From Eledone cirrhosa (Eukaryota): a stretch of 64,000 nucleotides of DNA. The stretch covers positions 18,228,001-18,292,000 of the forward strand of contig OZ024750.1 of NCBI GenBank assembly GCA_964016885.1. The letters are read 5' to 3'. The notes beneath the pieces are model-generated. The model worked only from the letters and a program-made list of their open reading frames with translations. It was not told the DNA's origin and did no database searches. Shown one piece after another: positions 43,236-57,589 of this stretch (positions are counted from its first letter, which is position 1; every line of letters begins with the position of its first letter). A program made the position numbers and the translations under genes.

Positions 43236-46200
43236 TGTGCAGATTTGATAAATAATTTAAGAAGAAAAAAAATCAAAGATGTGATATGGCAAGAACATAC
43301 CGTTGTATACATAGTTATATACATACTTTTGTATACATACCGTTGTATACATAGTTATATACATACTTTTGTATACATACATCGAAACCACCACAGTTTT
43401 ACAATTTTTTTTTTTTTTTTTTCACAAAAACACTTTGTATAGTATTAGAAGGGGGGGGGGGGGTAAAAAAAAACACCATCATTTGATAATTTCCTACACA
43501 TACATTTTCTACTAAATGTGGAAAAATAGTAAATAATGAAGATCGTAATAAAATACGAACAAAAAATATATATATGGAGTGTGAAGCTAAAAAAAGAACA
43601 AAGACAAACTCATGTAAGGTGTGAAAATCAACAACCAAGTTTGAAAGTTATCTTCGTTATAGTGGACGTACAGGTATCAAAATGCCAATTAGATGGGGGT
43701 TTTTTATGTAAATAGATTTTATAACTATTTAAAAGAAATAGACCTAACCAGGCATATTTTTGTACATAGTATCTCTTCTTTCTATCATCACAATATCTTC
43801 TCTTCTCTCTCACTCTCCCTCTCACACACTCTCTCTCTCTTTCTCTCTTTCTCCCCATACACACACTCACATACATACATACATGTATACATGCATATAT
43901 ACGTGTGTGTAAGTATACATACATATAAGTATGTATGTATACATACATACATGTGTGTGTAAGTATACATACATATAAGTATGTATGTATACATACATAT
44001 GTGTATATTTATACATACATATGTCTATGTATGTATACACACAATGTATATGTATGTATACATACATACATGACTGTGTATGTATACATATATGTGTGTA
44101 TACATACATATGTGTGTGTGTTTACATACATATGTGTATGTGTGAATGTATACATATATGTATGTATATATACATATATATATACGTGTGTATACATACA
44201 TATATACATGAGTGTGTATACATACATATATACATGTGTATATATATATACGCCGTCACCCATCATCTTTTCATTTTATATTCTTTCTACATCTTCTCCT
44301 CCTTCTCTTCTGAGTTTTCTTCCTTTCTATATCTATCGATCGATTTGTTTCATTGATTCATTCATTTATTGTTTTATTGATAATTGATTCGATTGATCTA
44401 TCGATTTAGCTCAACTACAGACTCATTTATGAGCAAAATTATATATAGAAATGGAAATCAAAATGTAAAAAAAAAAAAAAACCAAAAAACCCCCAAAAAA
44501 CCTCAAAAAACCCTAAAAAAAACAAAAAACCCTTCATCCGCAGACAAATTGTTGAAGGAAACGATAAATTTGTTTTACAAAAAAAAAATCTTTTTTATAT
44601 AATTTATAGATAAAGATAATAACTTTTAGATAACGGTAATTGTTTAAATATAGAGAAATACCCAATTACTGTACTTACTATAAACAAAACTATACCGACA
44701 TCATCCCGACCTCCGCCTCCTCCACCACAGCATTAATAACAACGACGACAGTATCACTATCAACGATGAAGATAACAGCAACAACAGAATAAAGACAGCA
44801 GCAACGACAACAGCAACAATAACAACAACAACAGTAACAGCAACAATAACAACATTACAAGAAAAATACACCAAGAACTGGAACAATTACAACAAAAACA
44901 GCATAGAATCATCATCATCGTAATCATCATCATCACGAATAACTATAAGATCAAGCAGATAACAACAACATCAACTACGACTATTACTTCGACTATTTTC
45001 CAGAGATCGTACCTCCAAATGGTGCCAGATGGAAGGAGAGCAAACCAAAGTTTGTTGCTTTTTTTATAAAAATAATGGAATATTTGATCAGATTATGGCC
45101 TTCAATTAAATCCCAACATCCACTCAAGCTCATGAGGAAGTTTTTACTTCATTGTTCAGCCTGCTAGAAATAGCAGATGTACTTCCTTCAAACGACACCC
45201 TAATGTCTTTTTTTTTTTTTTTTTTTTTTTTTTTGTAAAGGGCATATTGAATAATAATCCGGGATAAATTGTGACTGAAAAAAATTAACAAGATGGTCAC
45301 AGCTGGAATGCCTTTCATTATGGGTCTGCATGATCAAGGCTAATCTAGGACTAAACAAATTTGACCACAAGTCTGTAAACTGACACTTTATAGTACTATA
45401 TTATATTAAGTAACCTATTAACCCACAATGAATCTCAATTCAATGATACTATATAACTGTTAAATACAGTGAAATACAATATACTAACTATACTAGCTCA
45501 ACTGTCGTGTAGAAGTCTAATTAATTTACAATACAAGGTTTCACTTCACTATTTCCTCCTTTGCTATACTATAAGTCTTTGTAACAACTGTTGTCGTGTA
45601 TAGGACGGATCAAGCTATCAGGTGAGTCATGGAGAAGACCACCTTGTTGCTGTCCTTTGGACAAAAATGGCAGGAAGTTTTCTCCTGTCATGAAGTTGTC
45701 GTATATAGGACGGATCAGGGAACGACAGCAACACCAGCATCAACAATAAAACTAGCTACAATACATGATCACACTACCTTCTCGAAATAGTAGTCAAACC
45801 ACCCCTCAAACCATGCCTTTTGTCTTTTGAGAAAGCGGGGAAATAAACATTAACTAATGTAGATATAAATACTCTTAAAACAACATGGTCATAGCTTGAA
45901 TGATTTTGATCGTAGATATGTTCTGTCATGGCTGCTCTGGAGATAAAATATCGATAACTACAATAATTTCTGACATCATAACACCAAAATACTCATTTGA
46001 TAAATATATTTTTGTAAGAAGTAATTACAATAGGTTTACGTTAAGAAATTAGTCAATGAATGGTTAAAAGTAGCGCTGGAAATGGACTATGGATTGATAG
46101 AAACGTTAGAGAGATAAACTATATACTAAACAGCATTTAGTGAAGTACTTCGACATTTTGATATCAAATCTTTTCATATTACCAACGTCTACACAGTTAG

Positions 46201-46587
46201 TCATCAAGTCTGTGCATGTTCGATCATTGGGCGACAGATCTCGTCCAATGTTCTTCATCGGTTGCGTGGTTTTTCTGTTTTCCTGTCTTCTTCAGGTCGT
46301 GATCAGCCAATTGTGTTCTTCGTTCCTTTACCTTCTCGGAGTTTTTGCTTCTGATATGATCATAGTACGAACATTTTCAAGATGTTTCCTTCAAGCACTT
46401 TTGATGAAAAGCATTCAACAATTTGGTCATTTTTACAGTTACCTTCCATATTGCACTTGCATATAGTGCTGTTAGTAGTACAGGATGATCTTGATATTAG
46501 AGTCGTGTGTGTTCATGGACCAGAGTTTATACATTTTCTTGAAAATATATACCAATAATATAATACGGTTACTTCAGTCAGCTATAT

Positions 46588-46756
46588 CAGACCTGCCAAC
46601 TTTTAAAAACCCAAACGGGGAATACCATGAAAAAAGTGTCTCAAAACGGGGAGAAATGAGGCAAAATGGGGAGATTTTACATAATGAAAGCTATACCCAT
46701 TTTCACGAAAGTGGGTGGGAGATCTCCCCGTCGGACGGGGAGGGTTGACAGGTCTA
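46588..46756. mobile_element. MITE with CAGACCTGCCAAC terminal inverted repeats and a 6-7 bp TSD
   Basis: Flanked by gctatat on both sides; copies at about 17088-17240, 37129, 37518-37711 and 48991-49188. Confidence 0.75.
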
Positions 46757-48467
46757 GCTATATTCTTTCTCCATAAATGATCCGAGTCTTCACGTTTGTG
46801 TAATAGATAAGTAATGATAACGATGGATGATTTTTTTCCTTCGTCAAATAAATGTTGGTTTGTGCTTCAAGGTCGAAATTTATTCTAATATTCAATATTT
46901 CCCCCTTAATTGTGTAATATCTTCCTTCGGTGTGATATAGTTTTACCCTCTAGTGCCGTGTGGGGGTATATCCACTGACAAACTGTTGTTTGCTGTTGTC
47001 TCTGAAACCGTCTTTATCTTCACTCAATATCTAAAGCGGTGTATTGGCAGAATTGATCCCGAGTCGGTTGAAATGCTTTGCAGTATTTCTTTACGGCTCT
47101 CTATATTCTGAGTTCAAATTCTACCTAGGTTAACTTTGCCTTTCATCCTTCGAGAGCTCGATAAAATAAAGTACAGTCAAGTACTGGGGTCAATATAGTC
47201 GACTTCCCCTTCTCCCTAAAATTGCTGGCATTGTGCCAAAATTAGAAACCATTTTAATCCAGTATCAAAATAACATTGCAAATAAATTCTTAGTTACTTT
47301 ACTTTGATTCTCCGACACCCTGTTTGCTTTTATAATGTCAAGTAGCTGGCTACAAAACATACACCCCCACCTGGCCCTTAAATGCCTTAAGCGGATTACA
47401 CACTTTGCAAACATTTTGGCTAGGTCTCCGATCTGACAATAACTTACTCCCTTGTAGGGTCGGATTAAGTTCTTTTGAGACCCTGAACACTTAAAAGATG
47501 ATGGCGCCTCCCATTATAGAAAGTCTACAAAAAAATTTTTTTTAATGACAAATACAATTAATTTGAATAAAAATACCGCCCTTCTTCCCTTGGTACCTAA
47601 AGCATGTGCTTATTTTGCTTAAGGGTTAAATCCATCCCTGCTCCCTTCCTCACACCCTAAAAAGAGTTGTAGGCGCTACCCTTCCTCGTTTGATGAAGCC
47701 ATTAACATATAACTGATGTGTCTCAAACTCTATATTGTATTATAAACATGTTTTATCACACAGAGTTGGTGGAGTTATACAATATAATATATTGTATTAT
47801 AAACAACATGTTGGTGGAATTATACAATATACTATATTGTATTATAAACACAGAGTTGGTGGATTTATAGAATTACGATTTATCACACGCAGAGTTTGCT
47901 CTTAGAAAGTAGAAGCAGTTACAAAGAAGCAAGTTGCATCACAAAAATAACATAGAATGACAATCGCTCCATCAGCCATTCCACCTTCTACAGGTGAGAT
48001 ATACTCCTCCCGATTGTGTGGAGGAATACACTCGTAGTGAAGAGAAAAATCATATGCTGTGACATGGTAATTTCTTGGCAAAAATAACAAGATAGACAAC
48101 TCAGAAATCGTAAATGTTATATAAAATGGCACATCGCGTACTATTGACTAAAATCAACGATTTACATTTTAAAAATTGTATACACAATTTTTAAAAGATT
48201 ATTTTATATAATCTGCAACAAATTATAGCTACCTATTTGATAGACAAACTATAGTGAGTTATTGCACAGAAGATGACGAGTTATTGCATGAAAACATAGC
48301 AATTATTGCACAATGTAGAGAAAATTATAATAATAAATGATTGTATATAAAGATAAAACTAAATAAAGTCTTTTTCGTAGTTAATTATACATGACTGTTT
48401 TTGGTGCGAGGCGGTGTCCTGGGGCTTGTAACAAATTTTAAAGAGTTGTGGAAACATAGAAACCTCC

Positions 48468-48668
48468 GAGGCATGTCAAACTGAGGGTCCCCCGAGGTCC
48501 ATATGGGTCACATATGTGTTGTCTCAGGACCACACACGACAGCTAATATATTTTTATTTTATATTACGAAGATAAAACATGCTCGCGCTGCATAATCCTT
48601 TGTGCGGGCCGCAGGTGTGCTTGTAAAGGGCCGCATGTGGCCCGCTAGCCGCATGTTTGACATGCCTG
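48468..48668. mobile_element. hAT/Charlie-like MITE
   Basis: AGGCATGTCAAAC...GTTTGACATGCCTG termini and internal GGCCCGC/GGGCCGC motifs. Confidence 0.65.
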
Positions 48669-48990
48669 CCCTACATGATCGATCGACCTACTAAAAATAG
48701 CAGCCAACTCTCACATAAATCATATTTCTACTTAACTAATAAGATCAATTGTTGTTTTGTTTTGTTGGTTTTTTTTACTGTCCTTTGCTTATTTATTTTA
48801 TTTATGTGTGAGTGTGTATGTATGTATGTATGTATGTATGTTTGTGTATTACGGTGTATATAAATACGTAGATAGCGAAATAAATATATATGTAGATAAT
48901 TAACTAGATAGATTATCAAAGAGACAAAATAAGAGCATGTCTGTGTTTGAGTGTATATTTACGTGCACATGTTTCCTGTCGATGTAGATG

Positions 48991-49188
48991 CAAACCTGCC
49001 AACCTCTAAACGCCCAAACGGGGAGTACCATGGAAAAAAAGGGCCCCAAATCGGAGAGAAGTTAGGCAAAAATCGAGAGATTTTACATAATGAAAGTTAT
49101 ATCCATTTTCACAAGAGAAGATATCTCTCCCCCCACCCCAAAGTGGGTGGAAGATCTTCCCGTCGGGCGGGGCGAGTTGACAGGTCTG
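48991..49188. mobile_element. MITE, same family
   Basis: CAAACCTGCCAAC...GTTGACAGGTCTG with direct repeat tagatg. Confidence 0.75.
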
Positions 49189-49209
49189 TAGATGTATGTG
49201 TGCATACAG

Positions 49210-49276
<67 letters not shown>

Positions 49277-49319
49277 CGTGTGCGCGCTAGAAGGTAGAAA
49301 AATTATTTTTCTTCATCAT

Positions 49320-49640
49320 CTTATTCGCCGACATATTTTTGAGAGGGTCGTGGGGGCAGAGTCCTCAAACACTCCTTTCAGTGGGTCCTGTCAGAAGCAA
49401 CCGTCTCCAACTGATCCGGCTGGATCCCCAAGCGTGACCAGCCAAGCTCATGGATGTTATCCAACCATCTTGCTCAGGGTCTACCCCTGGATCTCTTGCC
49501 GGTTGGGTTTGCTCGTAAAATCAGTCCAGCGATTTTTTTTCTGAAACATTCTAACCACATGCCCATAGCATCGGAACTGTGGTCTCTCAATTCTGAGAAG
49601 TGCGGCTCTACCTGGAGTGACTCTCTGATCTCCGTTTAAA
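49320..49640 (-). mobile_element. RTE-like LINE 3' end
   Basis: Same family as 39885. Confidence 0.7.
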
Positions 49641-50125
49641 ATTGCTATATGAAAAATGCGTTTGCAAAATTGGAGTTGCTGCTGTAAAGGTGGTCTGTAA
49701 AAGAATAGTTAATGTAAGCCCTCTAACGAAGACTAGTTGTAGCATTTTTTATAAAGAAGGGTGTTTTAAATGCTTAAGAACTCCTTCTAAAGTTAACACA
49801 AAACGAAATATTGAATAGTTCTGTGACAGTTAATTATACATTTTCTGCAGAAAAAAACTTCTTACTTCTTAGATCCCAACAAAGGTTTATTATAAACCTG
49901 CAATTTAGGGAGTTTTAACTCCTTATTGAATTTGATTACATTTACATTATAAGAAGTGAAGGTCGGGCCCTGGATTATATGCCTGTTAAATAGCTAAGGA
50001 GCCAATGATTTGTCAAAGTCGTTAGAACGTTGGATTAAACGTTTTGTTGTGTTCCTTCCTGCTCTCTGCACTCTCAGTTCAAATCACTCCGAATTCAAAA
50101 GTACCAGTCCAATACTGGGGTTGAT

Positions 50126-50183
<58 letters not shown>

Positions 50184-50231
50184 AATACAGAAATGTATAT
50201 ATATATATATATATATATAATTTAATACAGA

Positions 50232-50325
50232 AATGTTTCATTCGAAAGAAATCCTGATGATTTCTTTCGAATGAAACAGTTCTAGTCCCGTAGAAGCTAT
50301 TTCTATACTAATGTATTGAATAACT

Positions 50326-50330
<5 letters not shown>
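50232..50330 (+). mobile_element. Family A fragment with hammerhead core
   Basis: CCTGATGATTTCTTTCGAATGAAACAG with a short fold-back. Confidence 0.65.
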
Positions 50331-50371
<41 letters not shown>

Positions 50372-50922
50372 ATTAACTTCTTTCCTTCACGGGAAGAAAA
50401 CGGTTGTATTCAGACCTGGAGAGAAGGTCTAGGCCAGGCTTAAAATGACGAATACTACGGGGTTTCTACGACTCCATCAGGAGTTAAGGGGTCTATACAT
50501 ATATATAAACAACTAAGAACTGTATAGCCCAGGGACCAGGAAGGTTGAATGTAGACCAGACAGATACAAATTTACTTCCAGGATGACCTTCTACGTAACA
50601 AAGATTATGTAATCAAATACCACGGCAAAGTTTCACTGAACCTATTGCATAATAATTGTAAATCTTATTTAAAAACATTAGCTGTAAATCTATTATATAC
50701 CAAGAATTTGAAAATTTCACAAAAATTTTCAATAAACAATTATAACGAGAATTGTAGATTAAAATTATATTCTGTTAATTTTGTTTCTATTATTATTTGA
50801 ATCAAATTTAGTAATAAATTATTAAAAATAGCCACTAACATGACTTTGATTTGTTTTCTAATAATCTGTCATCTTAATAACTCTTTCTTTCAGGCATCAC
50901 CGGATAATTATCAACACTAATG

Positions 50923-50977
<55 letters not shown>

Positions 50978-51387
50978 GATATATATATATATATATATAT
51001 ATATTCAGATAAATATATATATATATATTCAGATAAATATATATATATATATATTCAGATATATATATATATATATTCAGATAAATATATATATATATCG
51101 ACAGTCGATCGACAAGAGCCCAGACCCATTTCGCTTAACGAGTGGGGTGGAGCTCGTCAAATCGTACTGAGGAAACAATGTTTCCATTGGTCAAATTGTT
51201 AATGCTATCTGTCGGTCGCAAATCCAGGTGAAAGGAGCAACGTGATATAAAGTGTCTTGACCAAGGACATAACGCATCACCCTGGAATCGAAACCACAAC
51301 TTTACTATTGCGAATCCAATTCTGTAATCACTCAGCCATGCGCCTTCATATATATATAGAGAGAGAGAGTAGGGAGGGGGGGGGGGG

Positions 51388-51610
51388 AGAAATGGCTTCT
51401 ACAGGACTAGAACTTTTTCATTCGGGAGAAATCATCAGAAAGCACTTCTTATCTGTTTCATTCTTTAGAAATCATCAGGAATCTGATGAGTTCTAAAGAA
51501 TGAAACAGTTCTAGTCCTGTAGAATCTCATCTATATTAAAACTTGTATACTCTGCAATGTATTGAGTACCTTACTTACTGTGGTTACCTCCGATTCAACC
51601 CGGAATAACG
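51388..51610 (+). mobile_element. Family A composite fold-back with hammerhead core (about 51484-51526)
   Basis: CTGATGAGTTCTAAAGAATGAAACAG...CTGTAGAATC plus a tail near-identical to the reverse complement of 3287-3370. Confidence 0.7.
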
Positions 51611-52091
51611 TATATATATATATATATATATATATATAGGAACAAGTAGGACCCCGACGGCTGAGCTCAAGCCGTTTCGACGGCTAATTCTGGACTAAAT
51701 GAAAATTTTTATCCTGGTAAATGAATAGCCGAACTTCTCAGGGGATAATTCCATATATGGTAAAAGTGATTGTCACAAAGATTGGTCAAAAGTTTGTTGT
51801 TGAGACACATGATTCTATCATGGCATTTTGTGGAAGGTAGGGGTAGCTGAACTTGCCAGTAGAAGAGAGAGGGAGAGGGAGTGGAGGAAACCCAGTCAAG
51901 CGTTGAAAGTGACAACTACAGCAGATTCTAGGGATAGAAGGGGGCGGGGAGTTGAAACAATAAGTAAATCTATATGGAGTAAATATATAGAAAATATAAA
52001 AAATATTTTTAAAAAAGTACTTTGGTGCGTTATGGTCCATCTGGTTCCTTACCACATTTCCTTCGTTATATATATATATATATATATGTGT

Positions 52092-52420
52092 GTACGTCTT
52101 CATCAGATAAAATAAAATGATACATGACTTACCCTGAGATGTTAGATGGTTAAGATTTAATCAAGGTAGTGATTAAATCTTAACCATCTAACATCTCAGG
52201 GTAAGTCATGTATCATTTTATTTTATCTGATGAGGACGTACTGTTGTACCTCTGAAATATGTATAATAAAATTTAATTGATCACAAGAACATCTATTTTA
52301 TTAATATTTGTATTTTAATATTAATAACTCTGGAAAATATTTCTCTCTGTAGAGTGCTTCCAATCTACTGTAAAACTCATTCTTTGATGTACTCATTGAA
52401 TCTTGTTTAAATCTTTAATA
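52092..52420 (+). mobile_element. Fold-back element with minimal hammerhead at 52220-52272 (family C-like)
   Basis: About 70-bp inverted arms; ATTTTAT-CTGATGA-GGACGTACTGTTGTACCTCT-GAAATATGTATA^ATAAAAT; GAGTGC in the tail. Confidence 0.75.
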
Positions 52421-52428
52421 TATATATA

Positions 52429-52490
<62 letters not shown>

Positions 52491-52499
52491 GTGTGTCTG

Positions 52500-52700
52500 T
52501 GTGTAAAAGGTAAACAGAAATAACAACACAATCGGTTATTAGGTTAACGCTTGAAATAGCTGGAAGAGGGACTTATCGTTTCGGTCGCTAGTCCTTCATC
52601 AGAAGAAAGAATGAGAAATAAGATAGATTGAAGGGGCGGGCGGGGTGGAATTGGAAAAAATGTCTTTAGATAAAAATAACAGGTCCATTCATGTTGACAT
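52500..52700 (-). mobile_element. Family D Penelope-like 3' end with hammerhead core (about 52572-52604)
   Basis: - strand TCTT-CTGATGA-AGGACTAGCGACC-GAAACGATAAG. Confidence 0.65.
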
Positions 52701-53699
52701 AAATATATGCATGTATGTATTTCATTAAAATATGGTGACGAAAAATTAAACAGGTGTTCGACCACGTTAAGACAATGTATAGGAAATAACTTATACTGAA
52801 TAAGGTAAGTAACTCTTAGTGTATCATTTATGGTACAATACTATATCTTGGTTCTCAATAATACACATGATATGCAAACTAAAGATATAATGACCTTTAT
52901 ACGTCAATAGCATGAATTTGGATAATTAAGTTAATGGGAGATGTAGTGAATGACGTACACAAAAAATCTTAATTAATTGAAATGTTCCTTTTAATTCAAG
53001 AAGGTAAACAAAGTCTTAACGAAAATTAATTTCTCAAATCAACTTATTTGCTAAGGGGAGACAATCTGATGTCTGTTTGAAGATCAGGGCCAAACGTGAA
53101 CATATTTTGATAGTACAATCTAAACAAGCCTGCGTGGCAGTTTGACTGTGCATGTAAATCAACTTCAAAAATGATTTCGTTTTGGGTGGGGGAGTCGCCA
53201 GAAGCTTATTTACACAAACGTGGTGTATCCTATGAATAAGAAATATCACATGGAATAGTAACACGAATGTTATTAGTTTTTCTGCTAAAGTGAGATTATG
53301 TGTGTGTGAAATGACTGATCGTTCGCACGAATACCTTTCTCTCTTTATTATGCAGTAAATTATTCGTAGGATTTCTTTATATATTACATATTAATATACA
53401 TATATATGCGTGTGTGCTTGTGTATGCAACTTCGCGTATGTAAACAGAATGTGTGACATATTCACGAGGCAAAACATAAAGATGTCTAAAATCATGAAAG
53501 TTATAAAACAATGTAAGGGAGATAAATCAAATTAAACAGGGTTATCTACCTTGAATTTCATTTCATTTTATAACAATTTTATTTACAAGAATATATAACT
53601 ATTGTAATTTAAAATGTGCTCTCAGGTCCTGAATAATCGTCACCCCCACTGCTTATTAATTTTTCAGAATTGTTTCCAAACGGTGTACACAATGTAAAA

Positions 53700-54452
53700 C
53701 TCAGGTACATAAGAGATGTAGTGAGATAACGGGCAGGCTAACAGGAAAGGAAGACTCAGTATGTTGAAAATGCACAGGAGTAATTGAGGGGAAGAGTGGC
53801 AATGATATAAACCTCTTTAAGTCACAGGAAGGGTCCATAGAAGGGGTTGGTAGCTTCTACTATCTAGGTGATTTATTTAAAAGTGGAAGAGGGTGCTCTG
53901 AGAGCATAATAGCAAGAATAAGGATATGATGGAAGAAGTCTAGCGAACTACTCCCACTGTTGACAACAAAGGGTTTCTCAATACATACAAAAGGACAGCT
54001 GTATGACGCCTGTGTGCAAAGTGCGAAGTGACATGGTATTCAGACATGGGCAGTGGCTGCAGAAGACATGCGTAGACTGGAGAGAAATGAAATAACCATG
54101 CTTCATTGGATGTGCAAAGTAAATGTGAGAGAAAGGCTGAGCTTGGATGAACTGAGGGAGAAACTGGGTTTAAGAGGAATCCGAGGTGGTGTGCAGGAGA
54201 GAATACTGCATTAGTATAGATATGTGATGAGCATGGATGATGATGGATGGGTGAAGAAGTGCCAGGAAATGCCAGAGGAAGGAAGCTGTCTGTAGAGAAA
54301 GACCTGGACAGATGTGGTGACATCTGACCTCAACTCACTGACTCACAGAGGAGATGACAAAGAAACGCAGCTAGTAGAGACGTGCTGCGCTTAAGATCCA
54401 TCCAATTCATGCTAGCAGGTAAAAATGGACATAAAAACGATGATGATGATGA
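53700..54452 (+). mobile_element. RTE-type LINE 3' fragment (decayed)
   Basis: SFYYLGD..ARIR..WKK..ELLPLLT..KGQLYDACV..TW..MRRLERNE..MLHWMC, with a (GAT)n tail. Confidence 0.8.
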
Positions 54453-54459
54453 TATATAT

Positions 54460-54700
54460 ATCATCATCATTTTACATCCACTGTTCCATGCCTGCATGGG
54501 CTGGTCAAGTCTTTTTCAGCAGACCATTTCGCCATTCGTCGCAGTTCATCATCATTTCTACTGTGAGCTTCAGTGATTTGAGATCAGTTCTCACCACATC
54601 CACCCAGTCTTCCTGGTCATCCTCTACTGTGGCTTCCTTCCACTGACACTTTTTCACCCAGCTATCATTATCCATGCATATCACATGTCCATACCAGTAT
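54460..54700 (-). mobile_element. RTE-type LINE 3' fragment, tail-to-tail with the preceding one
   Basis: WYGHVICMDNDSWVKKC...WVDVVRTDLKSLKLT...DEWR. Confidence 0.7.
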
Positions 54701-54731
54701 ATATATGTATATATATTATATATATATATAC

Positions 54732-54773
<42 letters not shown>

Positions 54774-54774
<1 letters not shown>

Positions 54775-55824
54775 GTTATTCCGGGTTGAATCGGAGGTAA
54801 CCACAGTAAGTAAGGTACTCAATACATAGCAGAGTATAACAGTTTTAATATAGATGAGATTCTACAGGACTAGAACTGTTTCATTCATTAGAAATCATCA
54901 GGAATCTGGGTATCAAAAAATAAATATGGTATTTATAGGTCTCTACAAGTGGTAGGAGAGGGTGGGGAGTTGGATGGGTGCAGGTCATTGGTTGATAGAA
55001 AAGGGAATTCATTAAAAGCTAATTCTACAAAGCTATAGTTAATTTTTATTTTTATTTATATTTATTTATGTTTTTAGAGTAACAAAGGCAGACAGAATTC
55101 TATAAACAGGTTCCGGATGGCATACCATTCCTTGTCAATAAGTTTCTCTTAAGCTAACAGATGTCTATAAAATCAGTGGGGGGTCAGTCAAGCTCGATAG
55201 AATTAAAGAAGAGGGAGATTCTTTAAAAGGCAGACAGAATTCTATAAACAGGTTCCGGATGGCATACCATTCCTTGTCAATAAGTTTCTCTTAAGCTAAC
55301 AGATGTCTATAAAATCAGTGGGGGGTCAGTCAAGCTCGATAGAATTAAAGAAGAGGGAGATTCTTTAAAAGCTAAAGTCATTAAGGTTCTACTAAGTGAC
55401 AAAGACCTTTGTCACTTAGTAGAACCTTAATGACTTTAGCTTTTAAAGAATCTCCCTCTTCTTTAATTCTATCGAGCTTGACTGACCCCCCACTGATTTT
55501 ATAGACATCTGTTAGCTTAAGAGAAACTTATTGACAAGGAATGGTATGCCATCCGGAACCTGTTTATAGAATTCTGTCTGCCTTTGTTACTCTAAAAACA
55601 TAAATAAATATAAATAAAAATAAAAATTAACTATAGCTTTGTAGAATTAGCTTTTAATGAATTCCCTTTTCTATCAACCAATGACCTGCACCCATCCAAC
55701 TCCCCACCCTCTCCTACCACTTGTAGAGACCTATAAATACCATATTTATTTTTTGATACCCAGATTCCTGATGATTTCTAATGAATGAAACAGTTCTAGT
55801 CCTGTAGAATCTCATCTATATTAA

Positions 55825-55828
<4 letters not shown>
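54774..55828. mobile_element. About 1.05-kb fold-back family A element with hammerheads at 54858-54906 (-) and 55763-55811 (+)
   Basis: The 422-bp right arm (55407-55828) is the reverse complement of the left arm; centre at 55405-55406; 142-bp tandem duplication in the left arm; TA flanks. Confidence 0.85.
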
Positions 55829-55871
<43 letters not shown>

Positions 55872-55891
55872 TTATATATATATATATATAC

Positions 55892-55942
<51 letters not shown>

Positions 55943-56091
55943 TTTATAGTAAGGGGTTAACCCAACAAGGACGTGCAAACCAGCTCAGGCTGTCATAACT
56001 GATAGTCCTCAGTGAAATGTACTTTACGGATTTTAACAAACCAAAGCCAAATGAATACTGCTTTCGATTGTTATTGATATATATATATACA

Positions 56092-56171
<80 letters not shown>

Positions 56172-56234
56172 CATAGTCATACACACCCATATATATATAT
56201 TGTCTTTACTAAATATCTCCAACTACTTGATTTT

Positions 56235-56660
56235 CTTCTTCTTCTTTCGCACTTATTCCTGAGCGGGTCGTGGGGGGTAGAGTCTGCAAGCAAACACTCC
56301 CTCTAGCAGGTCCTAACAGAAGCAACTGCCTCCAACTGATCCGGCTGGATCCCCAAGCGAGACCAGCCAAGTTCATGGATGTTATCCAACCATTTTGCTT
56401 GGTTTCTACCCCTGAGTCTCCTACCTGTTGGTTTTGTCCTTAAAATCTGTCCTGCGATTCTTCTCTGGGACATTCTGACCTCATGTCCATAGTATCGGAG
56501 CTGTGATCTCTCAATTTAGAAAAGTACCAGCTCTACCTCGAGGACTTTCTGATCTCCAAGCTCCGTACTCTATCAAGTAATGTTACTCTAAAGATCCTCC
56601 ATTTTGGCCGCTCGTATTAGAGATTGTGTTCTTTTGGTCATTACCCAAGATTCATGAGCG
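56235..56660 (-). mobile_element. RTE-like LINE 3' end (longest copy)
   Basis: Same family as 39885, with a (GAA)n tail. Confidence 0.7.
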
Positions 56661-57335
56661 TATGTGTTACGAAGGGTGATGGGGAGAGAGAGAGAGGTAG
56701 ATGGCAATGACAAAGGGTGAGGGTGGGATGAGGTGCTGGTAGTGGTACTGGGAATAAGCAGATCAAATGACCCTCAAACCCACCTGCCCACTCCACACAC
56801 ACACACATTACTCAGTGTAGTATAGTGAGACAAAGAGAGTGATAGATGTCACAACCAACTGAATGCTCAATGTTGTAACTGACGGAGGATCCATCATCAT
56901 CACCATATCTAATGCCCATGGGAGAGGCATGAATACCACACACTCCCCAACACCTATTTTCATATAAACTTAAGCCACTGTGTCTATGTTTAATAGTTTT
57001 CTGTGAGGACCTTAACTTCTGATTGAGTTGTAGTGGCACTGTCATTATACAAGGCATGTCTTGGGCATTTAAACGGACTGGAACCCCATTCCGCTCCAGG
57101 TCTAAATAGAACTGAGTAAGAGAGAGTTAGAAAGAGAGCAAGAGAGAGGGTGGGGGAGAGTGAGAAAGAGGGGGAGAGAGAGAGAGAGATAGATTGGGGG
57201 GGGGGGCTGTGGTTGAGAGAGAGGGAGAAAAAGAGAGTGGGAAGAGAGGTAGAAAGAGAAAAAAGACAGTGAAAGAAGGGGAGAAAGATAGGGAGAGGGA
57301 ATGTGAGAAAGAGAGTGGAGGGAAGTTTGAAAGAG

Positions 57336-57381
<46 letters not shown>

Positions 57382-57589
57382 AAAAATAGAGGGCAAGATA
57401 TAGAGGAAGAATCGACACAAGTATTTGACTGGTATTTTATTTATCAAGCTAGAAAGGCTGAAAGACTAAGCTAAGCATAGAACTGAAAACTGAATGAAAT
57501 ACCACAAAGTATTTTATACAAGATTCTAATAACAGCCTCATCAATTTGCCACCTCAAAACTTCAGCCATTCTATCTGTATAAAAAAATC

